From Eledone cirrhosa (lineage: Eukaryota): a stretch of DNA of 64,000 nucleotides. The stretch spans positions 103,106,001-103,170,000 of the forward strand of contig OZ024743.1 of assembly GCA_964016885.1 (NCBI GenBank), written 5' to 3'. A program made the position numbers and the translations under genes. Position 1 is the stretch's first letter. Every line of letters starts with the position of its first letter. Below the pieces are notes generated by a model. The model saw nothing but the letters and a program-made list of their open reading frames with translations, searched no databases and was not told the DNA's origin. Shown piece after piece: positions 26,532 through 40,415 of this stretch.

Positions 26532-27319
26532 TATATATATATGTGTATGTATATATGGGTTCAAGGCCTGCAGATCATGCAATGGTGAAACATTATGGAT
26601 ATTGCATAATCTCCACAATAACAAACCACTTAACAGACGTAGAGAGTTCTTCTCGCGATGCTCTCATGCTTCTAAGTACCTTTTAAAGAACTGACCTCCT
26701 TAATATAGGTTTATGTGTTTCCCCCAAAAAATCATTCTTAATCTATCGATTTTTTTCTAGTCTTCTCATAATTATTAGGTAATTTAGCGTTTGATCGCAT
26801 TTTTTTCGGTCGTCAAATGGTCTCCTGTAGACCATCCACATTATCTGTCCTTGTTTTAGGGCTCTTCTCTTTTCCCCTATTGTTCTGTATTTTCTTTTTT
26901 GAGAAAACATTTTCCGGTTCATTTTCATCAACACAGGTTGAAAAAATTGGTCCGTACTTAGTATGGTGCTGTTGTTGTAGTAACTGGCCTAATAATTATA
27001 TTCAAACTTGCCCTACGGACATGAGTTGCTTTATACGTTGGATATGTTTACCATTTTTACCTATCTATTACTACTGTATATTTATCTCGGTTCGTATACA
27101 GTTTTATACAAACGAAAGAAAAATCAATAAACATAAAGTGAAAGTTGATTATTTATATTAACAGATTGACTTGACTCCGAACTTCAATCGGTTTCATGAC
27201 GAAAGCACGTTTCGAATGCACCTGATGATTTAGATGTGTTTCCATCGCCCTGAAAATTACGTTAAAGCTACACATGTCCACAAAGTGTTTAGCGACTTCT
27301 TACGTGTGAATCGGTGATT

Positions 27320-27437
27320 ACATTCATCATCATCATCTTCATCATCATCTTCTTCTTCTTCTTCTTCTTCTTCTTCTTCTTCTTCTTCTTCTTCTTCTTC
27401 TTCTTCTTCTTCTTCTTCTTCTTCTTCTTCTTCTTCT
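27320..27437. repeat. (TCA)n/(TTC)n microsatellite
   Basis: Directly visible. Confidence 0.95.
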
Positions 27438-27855
27438 CGACCCACATACATACAAGTAATTTTGACTTACATAACACACACCTGCACACGTGTGTGTGTG
27501 TGTCTTTTCTAAACTACTTTTACATTGAGTTATGTCTGCCTTCGGCTACGAGATATATTTCCTATCTTTCTCTTCCCCACTATCCCTTTTTATCGTTCGA
27601 ATTGTCTCTACTTAATAGGCCTGCTCTGTACTCTCTTTCCCCTTTATAAATTTTCCTCTTGAACAGTTGAAAGTCGAAGACAGTAGGGAAGAATTGCCAG
27701 TGTGCGCAAGTACTGGGGAAAAAAGACTGTGCGCAATAGTTACTAGAGATTATTGAGGTAGACACTATTAGTGACTACAACAATACAAAACAAGGAACTT
27801 GGGAGTGTCTGAGTCAAGCCAGTCCAGAGATCAGGGGCCACTATAGTAGCTGTAG

Positions 27856-27857
27856 AA

Positions 27858-27901
<44 letters not shown>

Positions 27902-28230
27902 GAGAGTACAAGAGGGAGAAAACAAAAGAGAGAGAGAGAGAGAGAACAAGAGAGAACGAGAGAGAGAGAGAAAGTGAGAGATAACAAGAGGGAGATAACA
28001 AGAGAGACCGAGAGAGAGAGAGAAAGAGAGAGGTAACAAGAGAGAGAGAGAAAAGGAAAGAGAGAGAACAAGAGTGAGAGAGAACAAGAGAGGGAGAGAA
28101 AGAGAGAACAAGAGAGAGAACAAGAGAGAGAGAACGAGAGAGCGAGAAAGAGAGAGAAAACAAGAGAGAGAGAGAACAAAAGAGGGAGAGCGAGAGAGAG
28201 AGAAAGAGAGCGCAATTGAGACAGAGAACG
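27856..28230. repeat. (GAAA)n and GA-rich low-complexity tract
   Basis: Directly visible. Confidence 0.9.
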
Positions 28231-28267
28231 AAGCGGGTGCGTCCTTGCACCAGTGGTTATGTCATGT

Positions 28268-28415
28268 TATGACGGAATGTTCTAATCTCAATAATTGTTT
28301 CTACTTTTGGCACAAGGCCTGCAATTACCCAGTACATTACTAATAAAGTACCAGTAATGTACTGTTAATTGCAGGCCTTGTGCCAAACGTAGAAACAATA
28401 TGTACATTCCGTCAT
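28268..28415. repeat. Fold-back hairpin made of two inverted SINE 3' ends
   Basis: ATTGTTTCTACTTTTGGCACAAGGCCTGCAATTA ... TAATTGCAGGCCTTGTGCCAAACGTAGAAACAAT, plus outer arms ATGACGGAATGT/ACATTCCGTCAT. Confidence 0.75.
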
Positions 28416-29075
28416 ATCAAATGACTTCATGGATATCGTACAATATGGAATTCTCTCGTTTTTTAAATTGTATTTTAAGTGATTATTTTCTGTTCCTTTA
28501 CGTTTGTTTGTTATATTTCACGGAACACATTCTATACTGGAACGGTTGCTATGCTGCTAGGATACGTTCTAATTAGTTTTCGCAATATCTCTTACACTGT
28601 TTATCTTTATCATTGTTATTAAATAAATGAGAAATTCTGGTGCGATTTTCGCTCCTACTTGAACACCTGCTCCTCCTTTTCTATTGTTAGAATTATGCAA
28701 GGATATTACTCGTGTTTACATCCAGCATTAGAGATAATCCTTTAGACTTGTTTTCCTATGTAAATTATAGTTAGCATTTATATTTTCCCACAATTGTTTT
28801 TAAATCTATAAAATTATAATACAATGTTTTCCAATTAATTTGTGTACCAATTTCCTATTTCTCAGTAGATGACATATAAGTGTGGAAAATTAATCAATAT
28901 TTTATTACGGATACACCACATTATTAAGCAATTGCTTGACAGAATTAACTACAGAAACAAACATCATACCTGAATTAATGTAAACGTTTGCTTGAAAAAT
29001 GTGATATAAGTTACCTCGTTTTTTTTAATTACACTATTAAGGTGTAAAACGAGCTGCCTTCATGGGAAGCATGAA

Positions 29076-29077
<2 letters not shown>

Positions 29078-29106
<29 letters not shown>

Positions 29107-29690
29107 CTTCTTCTTCATAGATGTTATCCAGCCATCTTCCTCGGTGTCTACTCCTGCGTCTCATGCCGGTGTTAGTTTTTACCCGTAAAATCTGTCCAGC
29201 GATTTTTTCCTGGGACATTCTTATCTCATGCCCATAGTTTCAGAGATGTGATCTCTAAATTTGGAGAAGTAGCGGTTCTACCTGGAGTGGCTCTCTGATC
29301 TTAGTGCTACGCACCCTATTGAGTAACGTTACTCCAAAAACCCTCCGGAGGAACCCCATTTCGGCCGCTTGTATTCGCGATCGTATTCTTTCGGTCATTA
29401 CTTAAAATTCATGATCCTTGGTAAGAGTTGGCAGGAATACCAGGAAGACAGCGAGTTTGGTTTTTACACCCCCCCCCCCCCACACCTTCATCTGATTGCC
29501 GAATGCTGAACCTGCGCATTACTGTACAAGCTTCTGCAATTATTGCTCTTAATTCAGTCTCCTGCCTTCCATCATTGGTGAATACGGCCGCCAGATACTT
29601 GAACTTCTCCATCTGCTTCAGTGGAACTGAATTTACATGTAGAGTACACTGCGTAGGCATTCCTGAGAGAGCGAATATCTCCATAAAAAT
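29078..29690 (-). mobile_element. RTE LINE 3' fragment with (GAA)n tail
   Basis: QMEKFKYL..F..DGRQETE, RIRSRIQAAEMGFLRR; homologous to 41123-41800. Confidence 0.8.
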
Positions 29691-30359
29691 CAATTAATAA
29701 ATTGCAAAGTAGTTTTGTCGCCTAGAAACGGTAGTCACAACTATGCTGAATATGTATGAACCCGTAACTCCTGATCAAGTCACATCGATGCCGTCGTGAC
29801 ATACGACGTGTCTTTGACATTTTTAACCTAACAGAGACCATCCCTTCTCCATGTCTGAATACGACCGATTTCTTTCAAAGAAGGAGTAAGAGGTATAGAG
29901 GAAGAGTCGACTCCAATACCGACACCGGGATGATGAAACAGACCTGTCAACTCTCCCCGTTTGACGGGGATATCACCCACCCACTTTAGGGTAGGTGAGA
30001 GATGTCTTCTCTTGCGAAAACAAGTATAGCTTTCATATTGTAAAATCTCCCCATTTTGCCTCATTTCTCCCCGTTTTGGAGCACTCTTTTTCATCGTTCT
30101 CGCCGTTTGGGTTTTTAGAGGTTGGCAGTTCTGGGTGAATGGTAAAGTTAATATCGTTGAGATATGAAATATGAAGTCAGCGCGAAAAGAACTGGAATGA
30201 ATACAACAAACCATTCTATCTTATGGATTTTTGACATAATTATTGTTTATTTAATTACGTGCCTTATCATTCCGTGTTCAACTTCCGTTCTTAATAACTC
30301 TAATGTTGTGGCCTTCCGCTTATTTTAAATAGCATAGCTTGAGATGACAGAATAAATAA

Positions 30360-30546
30360 TTGTTTCTACTTTTGGCACAAGGCCAGCAATTAACCAGTGC
30401 ATTACTGACACTTTATTTTATTGACCCCGTAAGGATGAAAGGCAAAGTTAACCTCGACGGGATTTGAATCAGACCGTAAAGGGACGTAACTATGCTGGAA
30501 ATCATGGCGTCCGACCCTCTACCGATACTGTCAATTCACCGCCCTT
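30360..30546 (-). mobile_element. Dominant SINE family copy
   Basis: Reverse complement of the 15640-15860 type. Confidence 0.75.
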
Positions 30547-31117
30547 CAACGAACATGGTTCGATGACAGAATAAATAATGTGACTTTTTTATATTAAGTT
30601 ACATTCCTTCTCGTTCAAATCACAGGGATGTTCAAATCACAGGGATGTCGAATTTGTCTTTTACCCTTCACGGGTCGACGAGTAGCGGACATATTTTACG
30701 TCTAAATCCAACGTGCAGTAGAGCAAGAGGTAAATCACCAGCAACATGGTTCGATAACATCCATAACCTCATTTGATCTCGGTTTATTCAAGGCTGAAGT
30801 AGATTCTGACTCGAAAGAGCAAGACCAGTCGTTGTGATGCAGTGGTAGCTATGTTCAGAATGTATATTCGATAAAAAAAAAGATCATTAGTGATAATAAG
30901 GTTGTTCCTTTGTAATGGCCTTGAGGGTCCTTTCTTCGTATAGCGCATGTTTTGGCAGAGTACAGTGGTTAACGAAACACGCATATTTTCCCCTGTAAAT
31001 ATTTTCTGTTTCTTCCATATATATATATTCCACCATACACACACATTTACGAACACACACATATATATATATATACATACATACATACACACACACACAC
31101 ATATATATATATAGTGA

Positions 31118-31240
31118 AGGCGTGTGGCTGAGTGGTTAGAGCATTGGATTCACAATCTTGAGGTTGTGAGTTCCATTCCCGGACCGGGCGATGCGTTATG
31201 TCCTTGAGCAAGACACTTTATTTCACGTTGCTCCTTCTAC
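31118..31240 (+). mobile_element. tRNA-derived SINE (second family); related copy ~46320-46411 (-)
   Basis: A-box TGGCTGAGTGG, B-box-like GAGTTCCATTCCC, then GTCCTTGAGCAAGACACTTTA. Confidence 0.7.
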
Positions 31241-31330
31241 CTGGAGTTGCGAGCGATAGATAGTATTCGCAACTGGAAAGACCAACGGAAACATTGTTTC
31301 CTCGGTCTGATTTTACGAAAGTCGATCGAT

Positions 31331-31368
<38 letters not shown>

Positions 31369-31489
31369 ACTGAGAGAGAAAGAGAAAGGGGGTGGGGAAG
31401 AGGCAATGATATGGGTAAATATATATAGGGGAGGTGAAAGAAATTATGGCACAATGCCACCAATTTGTGTGGTGAAGAAAGCCACTTTA

Positions 31490-32270
31490 CGGGTATTATA
31501 TTTTCTCGACGTCGAAAGGATGAAAGGCAAAGCTAACCTCAGTGGGATTTGAATTCAGAACGTACAGCGCCACAACTAAATGTTATAACAAATTTTATCC
31601 GACACTCTAACGTTTCTGCCAATCCACCACCCTTTTAGTAATGAGTCATTATTCTTTCTACTTTTGGCAGAAGGTTAGCAATTTGAAGGGAAGGGGAACG
31701 CCGTAAGGTTGAAAAGCAAAGCTAACCCCGACGGAATTTAAACTCTGAATGTAAAGGGCCATAAGTATATGCCACAAAGCATTCTCTTCGATATTCTAAT
31801 GATTATGCCAATCTACCGCGCTAATCACACTTAATAATGGTTTCTGTGGTTTCTGATTTAGGTACAAGGTAAACAATTTGAGGAAAAAGTCGATTAAATC
31901 CACCCACTGTATTAGTGATACTTTCTATTATCGACCTCCTAAGCTAACCTCAGCGGAATTTGAACTCTGAATGTAAAGAGCCGTAACTATATACCACAAA
32001 GTATTTTGTTCGATGTTCTAACCATTATGCCAATCAGTCACCCTAATCACGCATAATAAGGATTTCTAGTATAGGCACAAGGCCAGTAATTTTGGGGGAT
32101 GGGAAAGTCGGTTAAATCGACCCCAGTACGTTACTGGTGCTTTATTTTATGGGCCCCGTAAGGCAAAGTTAACCTCGGCGGGATTTGAACTCAGATCATA
32201 AAGGACCGTAACTCTATGCAGCTTAGTATGGCATCCGACCCTCTACCGATTCTGCCAATCCACCGCCCTC
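31490..32270 (-). repeat. Four head-to-tail copies of the dominant SINE
   Basis: Recurring AAAGCTAACCTC..GGAATTTGAACTC at ~200-bp spacing. Confidence 0.75.
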
Positions 32271-34908
32271 TAATCGAGCACAATAATAAAACAGCCTCCA
32301 TCCAGGTCACATCTTACCACAATAAAAAATGAAGGATATGATGGAAAGTATAATACTTAATTTGGTATTTCTTTGTGAGCATCAAATAATTTAAGACATT
32401 CTAGAATCCAAGGCTCCGAAGATTTATGCTTTTTACAAAATTCATGAAACACATCTGAGGATAATGAATGCTAATTTATTTAAAATATTCCTTAAATCTC
32501 AATTTAGACTGTTTGGAGTAAATGAATACGATACTTGATTGATTTATATTTCATCGATTCTAGGCAAAGTTGATACCAGCGGGAATGGAACACAAAGCCG
32601 AAAGCGATGCAATTGAAAACTTAACACATTGTTTTTTTAATTTCCCTACTAAGTCTAAGGCGGCGAATTGGCAAACATATTAGTACGTCAAATAGAATGC
32701 TTTGTAGTATTCTCTGCGACTCCTGGCAAAGTCAACAACGCATTCCATCTTTTCGTCGTCGATAAAAGAAGTACCAGTCTAGTGCTAGGGTTAAGTTTTC
32801 CTCTATATGCGTTTTCTTTTTTCAATTCTTCACTCGAAGAAATCAGCTGTGTTCAGATCTGGAGAGAGGATAAGCTTACCAGATTTGAAATGTCTAAATC
32901 AGGTTCTATGTCACGACGGTTCCCCACGACTTCCTCAGGAGTTACAGGTGTATACATAATAAATACAACTGATTTTGTCATGCATATAACTAATGCGATT
33001 AGTTATGACGGTGGTGCTTATTTAATAATTTATATTAATCTAATCAATAGATATTAATTTTGTATTTCTACTGAAACTATTCTGGAAACGCCTACATTTG
33101 TTGATTATACCAAGGCCACTCGTTTTGATATGGGGTAGGGGAGTAATCAACTACATTCCTTGTGTGATAATTATTTTATCAATCCAGAATAATGCAAAGT
33201 AAGTTGGGATTTGAATTCTGATCATAAACGAAAGTAACTAAATGTCTGCAGGCATCTACTGATTCTGCTGTTATCATCCTATTGAAAAGAACCCTGATGA
33301 TTAATAAGCAAATCATATACTGCAGAGAGCAGGAAAAATAAAAGATGAAACAAGATGGCGGCGATGATATGTGAGATTCTCAATTTAGATGAATGGACAC
33401 TCAAAGAAAGAGATTCTGATTATAGTTACTATAGTAACAATTTCTTTTCGTGCCATCGGAAATAAATATTTCATTCAATAAACGTCACTCTAGTAATTAA
33501 CCTAAATCAATTTATATGTTCAGTTGGCATATTGTCTAAAATCTAATACTTTATAACTATTATATTCAATCGAATTGCCACGGATTGATTGTTAAAATGC
33601 AACTAAGATCTATAACGAATTTTGTGTTTAAGGCGTTGGGTGGATGCTTGAAGTTGTTAACAATTCACATTTTCTAACCGTCACATCTGTCAATCACTTA
33701 CTAAATCTCTTAGTCATTAAATCTGCCTAGTTCTAAGAACCTACCAAATATACTATATAATGATAATTGCTTTAAGAAAATAACGTAATGTGTAATAGCT
33801 TAATATTTTGTTGGTTTTCACAAAATAAAGTAACTGAAATAAATCTGACGCTTCTATCATACAATTAAGAGTCATCTGTAACACTCACTTAAATACACAT
33901 CTGGATTGGAACACGACATATGATAAGAATGTATGTATGTATAGGCACATAACTCCTGATAGAGTCGCAGGGGCGCCGTAGTAACATACAGTGTCTTGGG
34001 CATTCTAAACCTGGCGGAGTACATCCTTTCTCTAGATTTGAACTCAGACGATTTCTTCAAGGGAGAGGGTGGGAGAAAAATATATACAGGAAAATCGACA
34101 TCAGTACAGGACTGATATATGTGTTATCGACCTCGAAAGGACTAAGTAATACTTTTTCGTTTCTACTTGAAAGGATGCTAACCTGTATAAATGTTGAATG
34201 AATTTCAAACCTATGATTGAATCAATGTAATGGTCATAAAACAGTAAAAGGTAATCTCTTGGATATTTTTCTTGGTAGAAAAGACACAAGATCTAAGGTA
34301 TTTCTTTTATTAAAGCTCACAATTTAAACGTTTGAATAGAGCTAGTAAGCCATAGCATATTAGGGGAAGCATTTAATACCTCTTATAATTAGGGGGGGGG
34401 GACGAGGCACAGAGAGTAAAAAGAAAAGAAAGAGAAAGAGAACGGGTGGCAAAAGAGGCATAAATGAGAAAAACGGTGAAACACTAGGACAAGTATAAAG
34501 CAGCTATATATTATGTTGTTGAATCTTTTCGTGGCTTCCATGTACTGAAAGATCATGTTTATAGTTGGTATATCTTTGACATAAGGTTTATCGATTTGCA
34601 GGTAAAAATTAGTATCGTTTTAGTTGCGAATAAAATGTAATTAAATTAAAATCGATCATTCTATTAAAGGTTACCAATCCTCTAAGTGTTATTTTAAAAC
34701 TGAATTAAACTAATGCACTGACAAGTTAATTTTACAACCCTAGATTATATATATAACGACATACATAATTAGCTTCCCAGTTAGTGCAATGAAAAACGAA
34801 AATATTATTTTACAATTCTACCTTACAGACTGTATAGAAACTGAAGCGAATTAGCACGACATTATTTGGTAAATAAAGACATCAACCATGATAAAACGTC
34901 ACATGTGT

Positions 34909-34943
<35 letters not shown>

Positions 34944-34951
34944 TATATATA

Positions 34952-35400
<449 letters not shown>

Positions 35401-35414
35401 TACTTTATTATATA

Positions 35415-36865
35415 TCTATAAATATATATAAAACTGAAATTGTCTCTGTGTGTGTCCTAACTTTTGCAAATTCTATACAAATCCACATTTCTACTCCGAT
35501 TGACTTCAAACTTGCATTTATATATTCCTTGCGGTCTAAAGATATTAACTGCAGCTTTTATTTTTCAATTTTCTGTTGTTAAAGGGGTGCTAGGCGCCGG
35601 TTAGCGATCTCTCTCTCTTTTTTAGTCTGTCTTTTTAGATAGATACATAGCTATAACGCCCCCCCCCCCCCCGCCATAATATCTGTCTGTATGTCTGGCT
35701 GTATGCATTACGACATTATGAAAACATTGTTCTCATTGCTGACGTATTGTCTTCGCTATCTTCCGTTCATTGCCAGGGAACGTCTTCACGAACCAAAGTA
35801 TCGTCTTCCTGTTTTCCTTAGGTTGCAACGTTTTTCGAAATATTTTCTGCGTTCAGAGATTGATTTTTTTTAGTTTCAGAAGATCCTGTTAAGGGTGAAA
35901 GCAGCAATTATTTGCTTGAACTTTAATCTGTTATTTTAATATATATATAGATATATATATAATTATATATTCGTGTACAGATATTTTTGCATACACAAAA
36001 ACAGAATATAAACAAACGTATTTATGACACGAAAGCACAGACGGCTTATCGTCATTGTTACTGCTGATATGCCACCCAAAAAGTCACACTACTTTTGGCA
36101 CAAGGCCAGCAATTACATAGTCAACGGTTCGGAAATCACATGCATCACTGATGAGTTTACTTCTTACTCTACCAGTTTGTCTTATTGTACTCGTCCTGTT
36201 TTTAGGTCATGCCTCGAAGGAAGAGATACTCCATTGGCCGAAATACTGCGAAAGAGGCAAGAAAAAGAACAAGGCAGGCAAACGAATCGACAGTGGAATC
36301 TGCTATTCGACGGTCGCTGAACGTACTGCCACCAGAAGAGCACTTGAAACAGACAACCAATGAACCATTCACCGAACCGTGTCAGCTTTGCAATGTCTAT
36401 CAACAAATCCCAGCTGTTGCTGGTCTTCTTTTGGAAGAGTCATGTTTTTCACACGGGCAACTATACGTTGGCTGCTCGAGAGTGGGAAGCAAGACAAATC
36501 TCTTTGCATATGCCGGACACGGAAAAACAAGGAACATTGTGTACAGGGAGGTGCTACAATCATTGTTTAGGTAGACGAGGCAGAAGGGGATATACACAAT
36601 TGGCTGAAGAAGGACGAGACTGTGTTAGTAGTACGACCAACGGCTGCTATCACACCAACAACAGCAAAAACAACAACAAAAAAGAAAGGGAACGTAATTA
36701 CATGCTTTTGAAAAATCTTAATGGAGAATGATTTGCCTAAGCACAAAATGTAGACACCATCCCCAGGCTGAGGTATTCCGTACTTCCCTGTACTGTTTCA
36801 GAAAGGAGGGATAAACATGCCAATCTAGGTTTAGAAGGCCGAGCAACGCCGGGCCATTCTGCTAG
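35415..36865 (+). mobile_element. Helitron (internally deleted)
   Basis: A|TCTATA 5' end, 3' hairpin CCGAGCAACGCCGG then CTAG|T. Helicase remnant FAMSINKSQ, FSHGQLYVGCSRVG, GKTRNIVYREVL. Confidence 0.85.
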
Positions 36866-37026
36866 TAATATATATATAATACGCCATTCCTCTCTCTTTC
36901 TTACTCTGTCCTTTTAGATAGATACATAGCTACAACGTCGCGCGCTTATAATTTCTGTCTGTATGTCTGCCTGTCTGCATTGACTTCGCTTCTAACCAAC
37001 TTTTAATTAATTCCCACACACTTCCC

Positions 37027-37058
37027 ACCTGAGGAAGGGCTTATGCCCGAAACGTCGT
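37027..37058 (+). ncRNA. Minimal type I hammerhead
   Basis: AC-CTGAGGA-A-GGGC(TTAT)GCCC-GAAA-CG-TC-GT; GUC cleavage triplet; stem I only 2 bp. Confidence 0.75.
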
Positions 37059-37321
37059 CCCCCACCAACACCCCACTCTCAAGAGCGTGAAATTAATAAA
37101 CATTTGTTGTACTGCCTCTCTGTTTTGTCCCTGTTCAAATTTTTCCATTATATATAATAGACGCTCACACCGCTTCCATTCCTTGGAACATAACTTAACT
37201 ACCGGCTCAACCCCGATCTAATCCGCCGTGACCTTTCTCCGAACTTTACACACCTTCCCACACTTGGTCTTTCCTTCCACGCCCCTACACACCCTTTGAA
37301 CTCTGTTCCCACACACTTCCC

Positions 37322-37353
37322 ACCTGAGGAAGGGCTTATGCCCGAAACGTCGT
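37322..37353 (+). ncRNA. Minimal type I hammerhead (second copy)
   Basis: Same as 37027-37058. Confidence 0.75.
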
Positions 37354-37474
37354 CCCCCACCAACACCCCACTCTCAAGAGCGTGAAATTAATAAACATTT
37401 GTTGTACTGCCTCTCTGTTTTGTCCCTGTTCAAATTTTTCCATTATATATATATATATAATTATATATTCGTGT

Positions 37475-39712
37475 ACATATTTTCAACAGTAATACTGTAC
37501 TATATATTTTCAACAGTAATACTATACTATATATTTTCAACCGTAGTACTGTACTATATATTTTCAACAGTAATACTATACTACATATTTTCAATAGTAA
37601 AACTATACTATACTATATATTTTCAACAGTGTTACTATACTATATATTTTCAACAGTACTACTGTACTATATATTTTCAACATTAATACTATACTAAACT
37701 ATATATTTTCAACAGTAATACTCTACTATCTATACTATAAAGCTGACGGCCGTATGTATGTAACAAACTTTCCGCCATACGGCTAGACCAAACTGCACCA
37801 CATTTGCACCATAGATGTACCTTTTTCCAAGTAAAAACGTGAGGGTAGTTGTGACTACTAAATTTTGTTAAAAGATTAAAGACATTATTTAAATATTCAC
37901 TTTTTTTAAATTTCAAATGTCAACACTTCCGGTTATACGTCATTCCTCACTTTTTCTTATGACGTCGCACAACATTTCCTTCTTTTTCTGAGTCTGTCTT
38001 TTTAGATAGATACATAGCTGTCTGCATTAGATAAGGTTTTTCGAAATATTTACTTCTGCATTCACAGACGGATTTTTTTAGTTTTAGAAGATCTCGTTAA
38101 GGGTGAAAACAGCGATTCTTTGCTTAAACTTTAATCTATTATTTTAATATATATATTCGTGTACGGATATTTTTGCATACGCAAAAACAAAAACCTATTT
38201 ATTTCACGAAAGCACAGACGGCTTATTGCCATCGTTACTGTTCGAGATTAGAGGACCACAGTCTTTCCAAGATCTGAGAACCATCAATGGCCATCAATGT
38301 TCCACTTACCGTTTGGATTGCTAGATGCGTGGTATGTTACACGATGGCAGCCGTTGGCACCTCACCCTTCAAGAAGCTGCAACTACTAAAGTCCCTTCTC
38401 AGCTGCGAACACTTTTTGCTATTATGTTGCACAACTGCGATCTCGCCGACCCTCTCGCACTGTGGAACAATCACCGTGAAAGTCTAGCTGAGGACATCCT
38501 CCACCGCACACGTAGACACAATCCAAACGTAACATACGATATCGTTTTCAATGAGGCGCTCATTTGTCTTGAAAACAGTGTCCTGGGGATTGGTGGTAGG
38601 CCTCTAAGTCACTACAGCTTACCTGATCCTGACAGACGAGCTACGAAATCAGTGACCCATGGTCAATTGTATGTAGGATGCTCTAGGGTGAGCTCGCCAA
38701 ACAATCTCTTCATCTTTGTATTGTATACTCCGAGGCTCTAACAATGTAATTTAAATATTTTCTGTTACTTGGAATTTCCATTATGGTTGTACAAATTATT
38801 GTTTGTTAAAAAATGTGTTAAAAAATGTTCAGCCTTTATTGTTGTAACTATCAATTTTCTTTAACGTACTGGCTACTGAACTGGGGAATCCTAAACACTA
38901 TTCAAACCCAACATCAGACCACGTTACCCCCCCCCCTCGCTGACTTGAGAGGGCGTGCGGTATCTTTGCACTGGAGTGTAGGGGGGATTCCTGAAAAGAT
39001 GAAATGCCGCTATACTTAGCCGTCCGCCAGTCAGACGGGCCAGCTAGTACTATATATTTTCAACAGTAATACTGTACTATATATTTTCAACAGTAATACT
39101 ATATATTTTCAACAGTAATACTATACTATATATTTTCAACAGTAATACTGTACTGTACTATATCTTCTCAAAAGTAATACTGTACTGTACTATATATTTT
39201 TAACAGTAATACTGTACTATATATTTTCAACATTAATACTATGCTATACTATATAATTTCAACAGTGATACTATACTATATCTTTTCAACAGTAATACTG
39301 TAATATACTATATATTTTCAAGAGTAATACTATACTATAATATATGTTTTCAACAGTAATATTATACTATATATTTTCAACAGTAATACTGTACTATATA
39401 TTTTCAACAGTAACACTGTACTATATATTTTCAACAGTGATACTATACTATATATTTTCAACAGTAACACTGTACTATATATTTTCAACAGTAATACTAT
39501 ACTATATATTTTCAACAGTAACACTGTACTATATATTTTCAACAGTAATACAATACTATATATTTTCAACAGTAATACTGTACTATATATTTTCAACAGT
39601 AATACAATACTATATATTTTCAACAGTAATACTGTACTATATATTTTCAACAGTAATAGTGTACTATATATTTTCAACTGTAATACTATACTATATATTT
39701 TCAACAGTAATA
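37475..39712. repeat. 27-bp minisatellite (TATATATTTTCAACAGTAATACT(G/A)TAC) split by a Helitron
   Basis: Arrays at 37475-37728 and 39048-39712. Confidence 0.9.
37729..39047 (+). mobile_element. Helitron (internally deleted) with Rep-Hel fragments
   Basis: A|TCTATACTATAAAG 5' end, CCGTC..GACGG hairpin, CTAG|T 3' end. GPQSFQDLRTING, TLQEAA..PSQLRTLFAIML..P.ALW, THGQLYVGCSRV. Confidence 0.85.
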
Positions 39713-39733
39713 ATATATACATATATGTGTATG

Positions 39734-39839
<106 letters not shown>

Positions 39840-39865
39840 TGTGTATGTATATGTATATATATATG

Positions 39866-39972
<107 letters not shown>

Positions 39973-40332
39973 CCGACTATACTATAACACTTGAAAATTT
40001 TCACACAGATACAAACACAAACTCAAAATACACGTCCTATCTTAATTATCTAGCTACAATAGTTCGCTCTACAATCACAGGGACCTGGGTTTTTATCATT
40101 CTTATCTTTTGCCATTCCTGCGTGTCAGTAAACAACGAAAACCATAAATCTATTAAAAAGCAAATTTCCCCAGTTTGTGTGAATGTTCCTATATCCGGGA
40201 ATTCTAGTCTATATGACAATCTAGACACCAAATACTAAATATGTTCAACGTTATTGTCGTCATTGGTGATGGCAATGGTCCATTGTGTCCGTTTGGTTCC
40301 TGATTAAAACACTTTATTTTTTGCTATTCCAG

Positions 40333-40415
40333 CCGACTCATCTGAAGTTGAGTACCAGCAGCAGCGCCTACAGGAGGTTAGCGCAGCAATAGACAAACAC
40401 CCTGTCTGGGAGAAG
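40333..40415 (+). CDS. Possible host exon (DSSEVEYQQQRLQEVSAAIDKHPVWEK), unassigned
   Basis: Polypyrimidine tract plus CAG acceptor and codon-like composition. Donor sites are weak (GT at 40377 or 40416). Confidence 0.25.

Larger units (their letters stand above)
37011..37451 (+). mobile_element. Two identical 146-bp HHR-containing direct repeats, period 295 (pLTR tandem / retrozyme-like)
   Basis: 37011-37156 matches 37306-37451; each has an HHR and AATAAA; ends in (TA)n. Confidence 0.8.

Noticed and set aside
27228-27272. CTGATGA...GAAA as a hammerhead
   Set aside because: No convincing stem I or stem II closure.
31118-31195. Functional tRNA gene
   Set aside because: The cloverleaf is imperfect and continues into SINE body sequence; degenerate relatives occur elsewhere in the window.
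33350-33362. CAAGATGGCGGC YY1-like or start motif (similar on the minus strand near 45575)
   Set aside because: Isolated short motifs with no supporting ORF or promoter context.
37475-39712. CRISPR-like array
   Set aside because: The repeats are contiguous with no unique spacers and the context is eukaryotic; it is a minisatellite.
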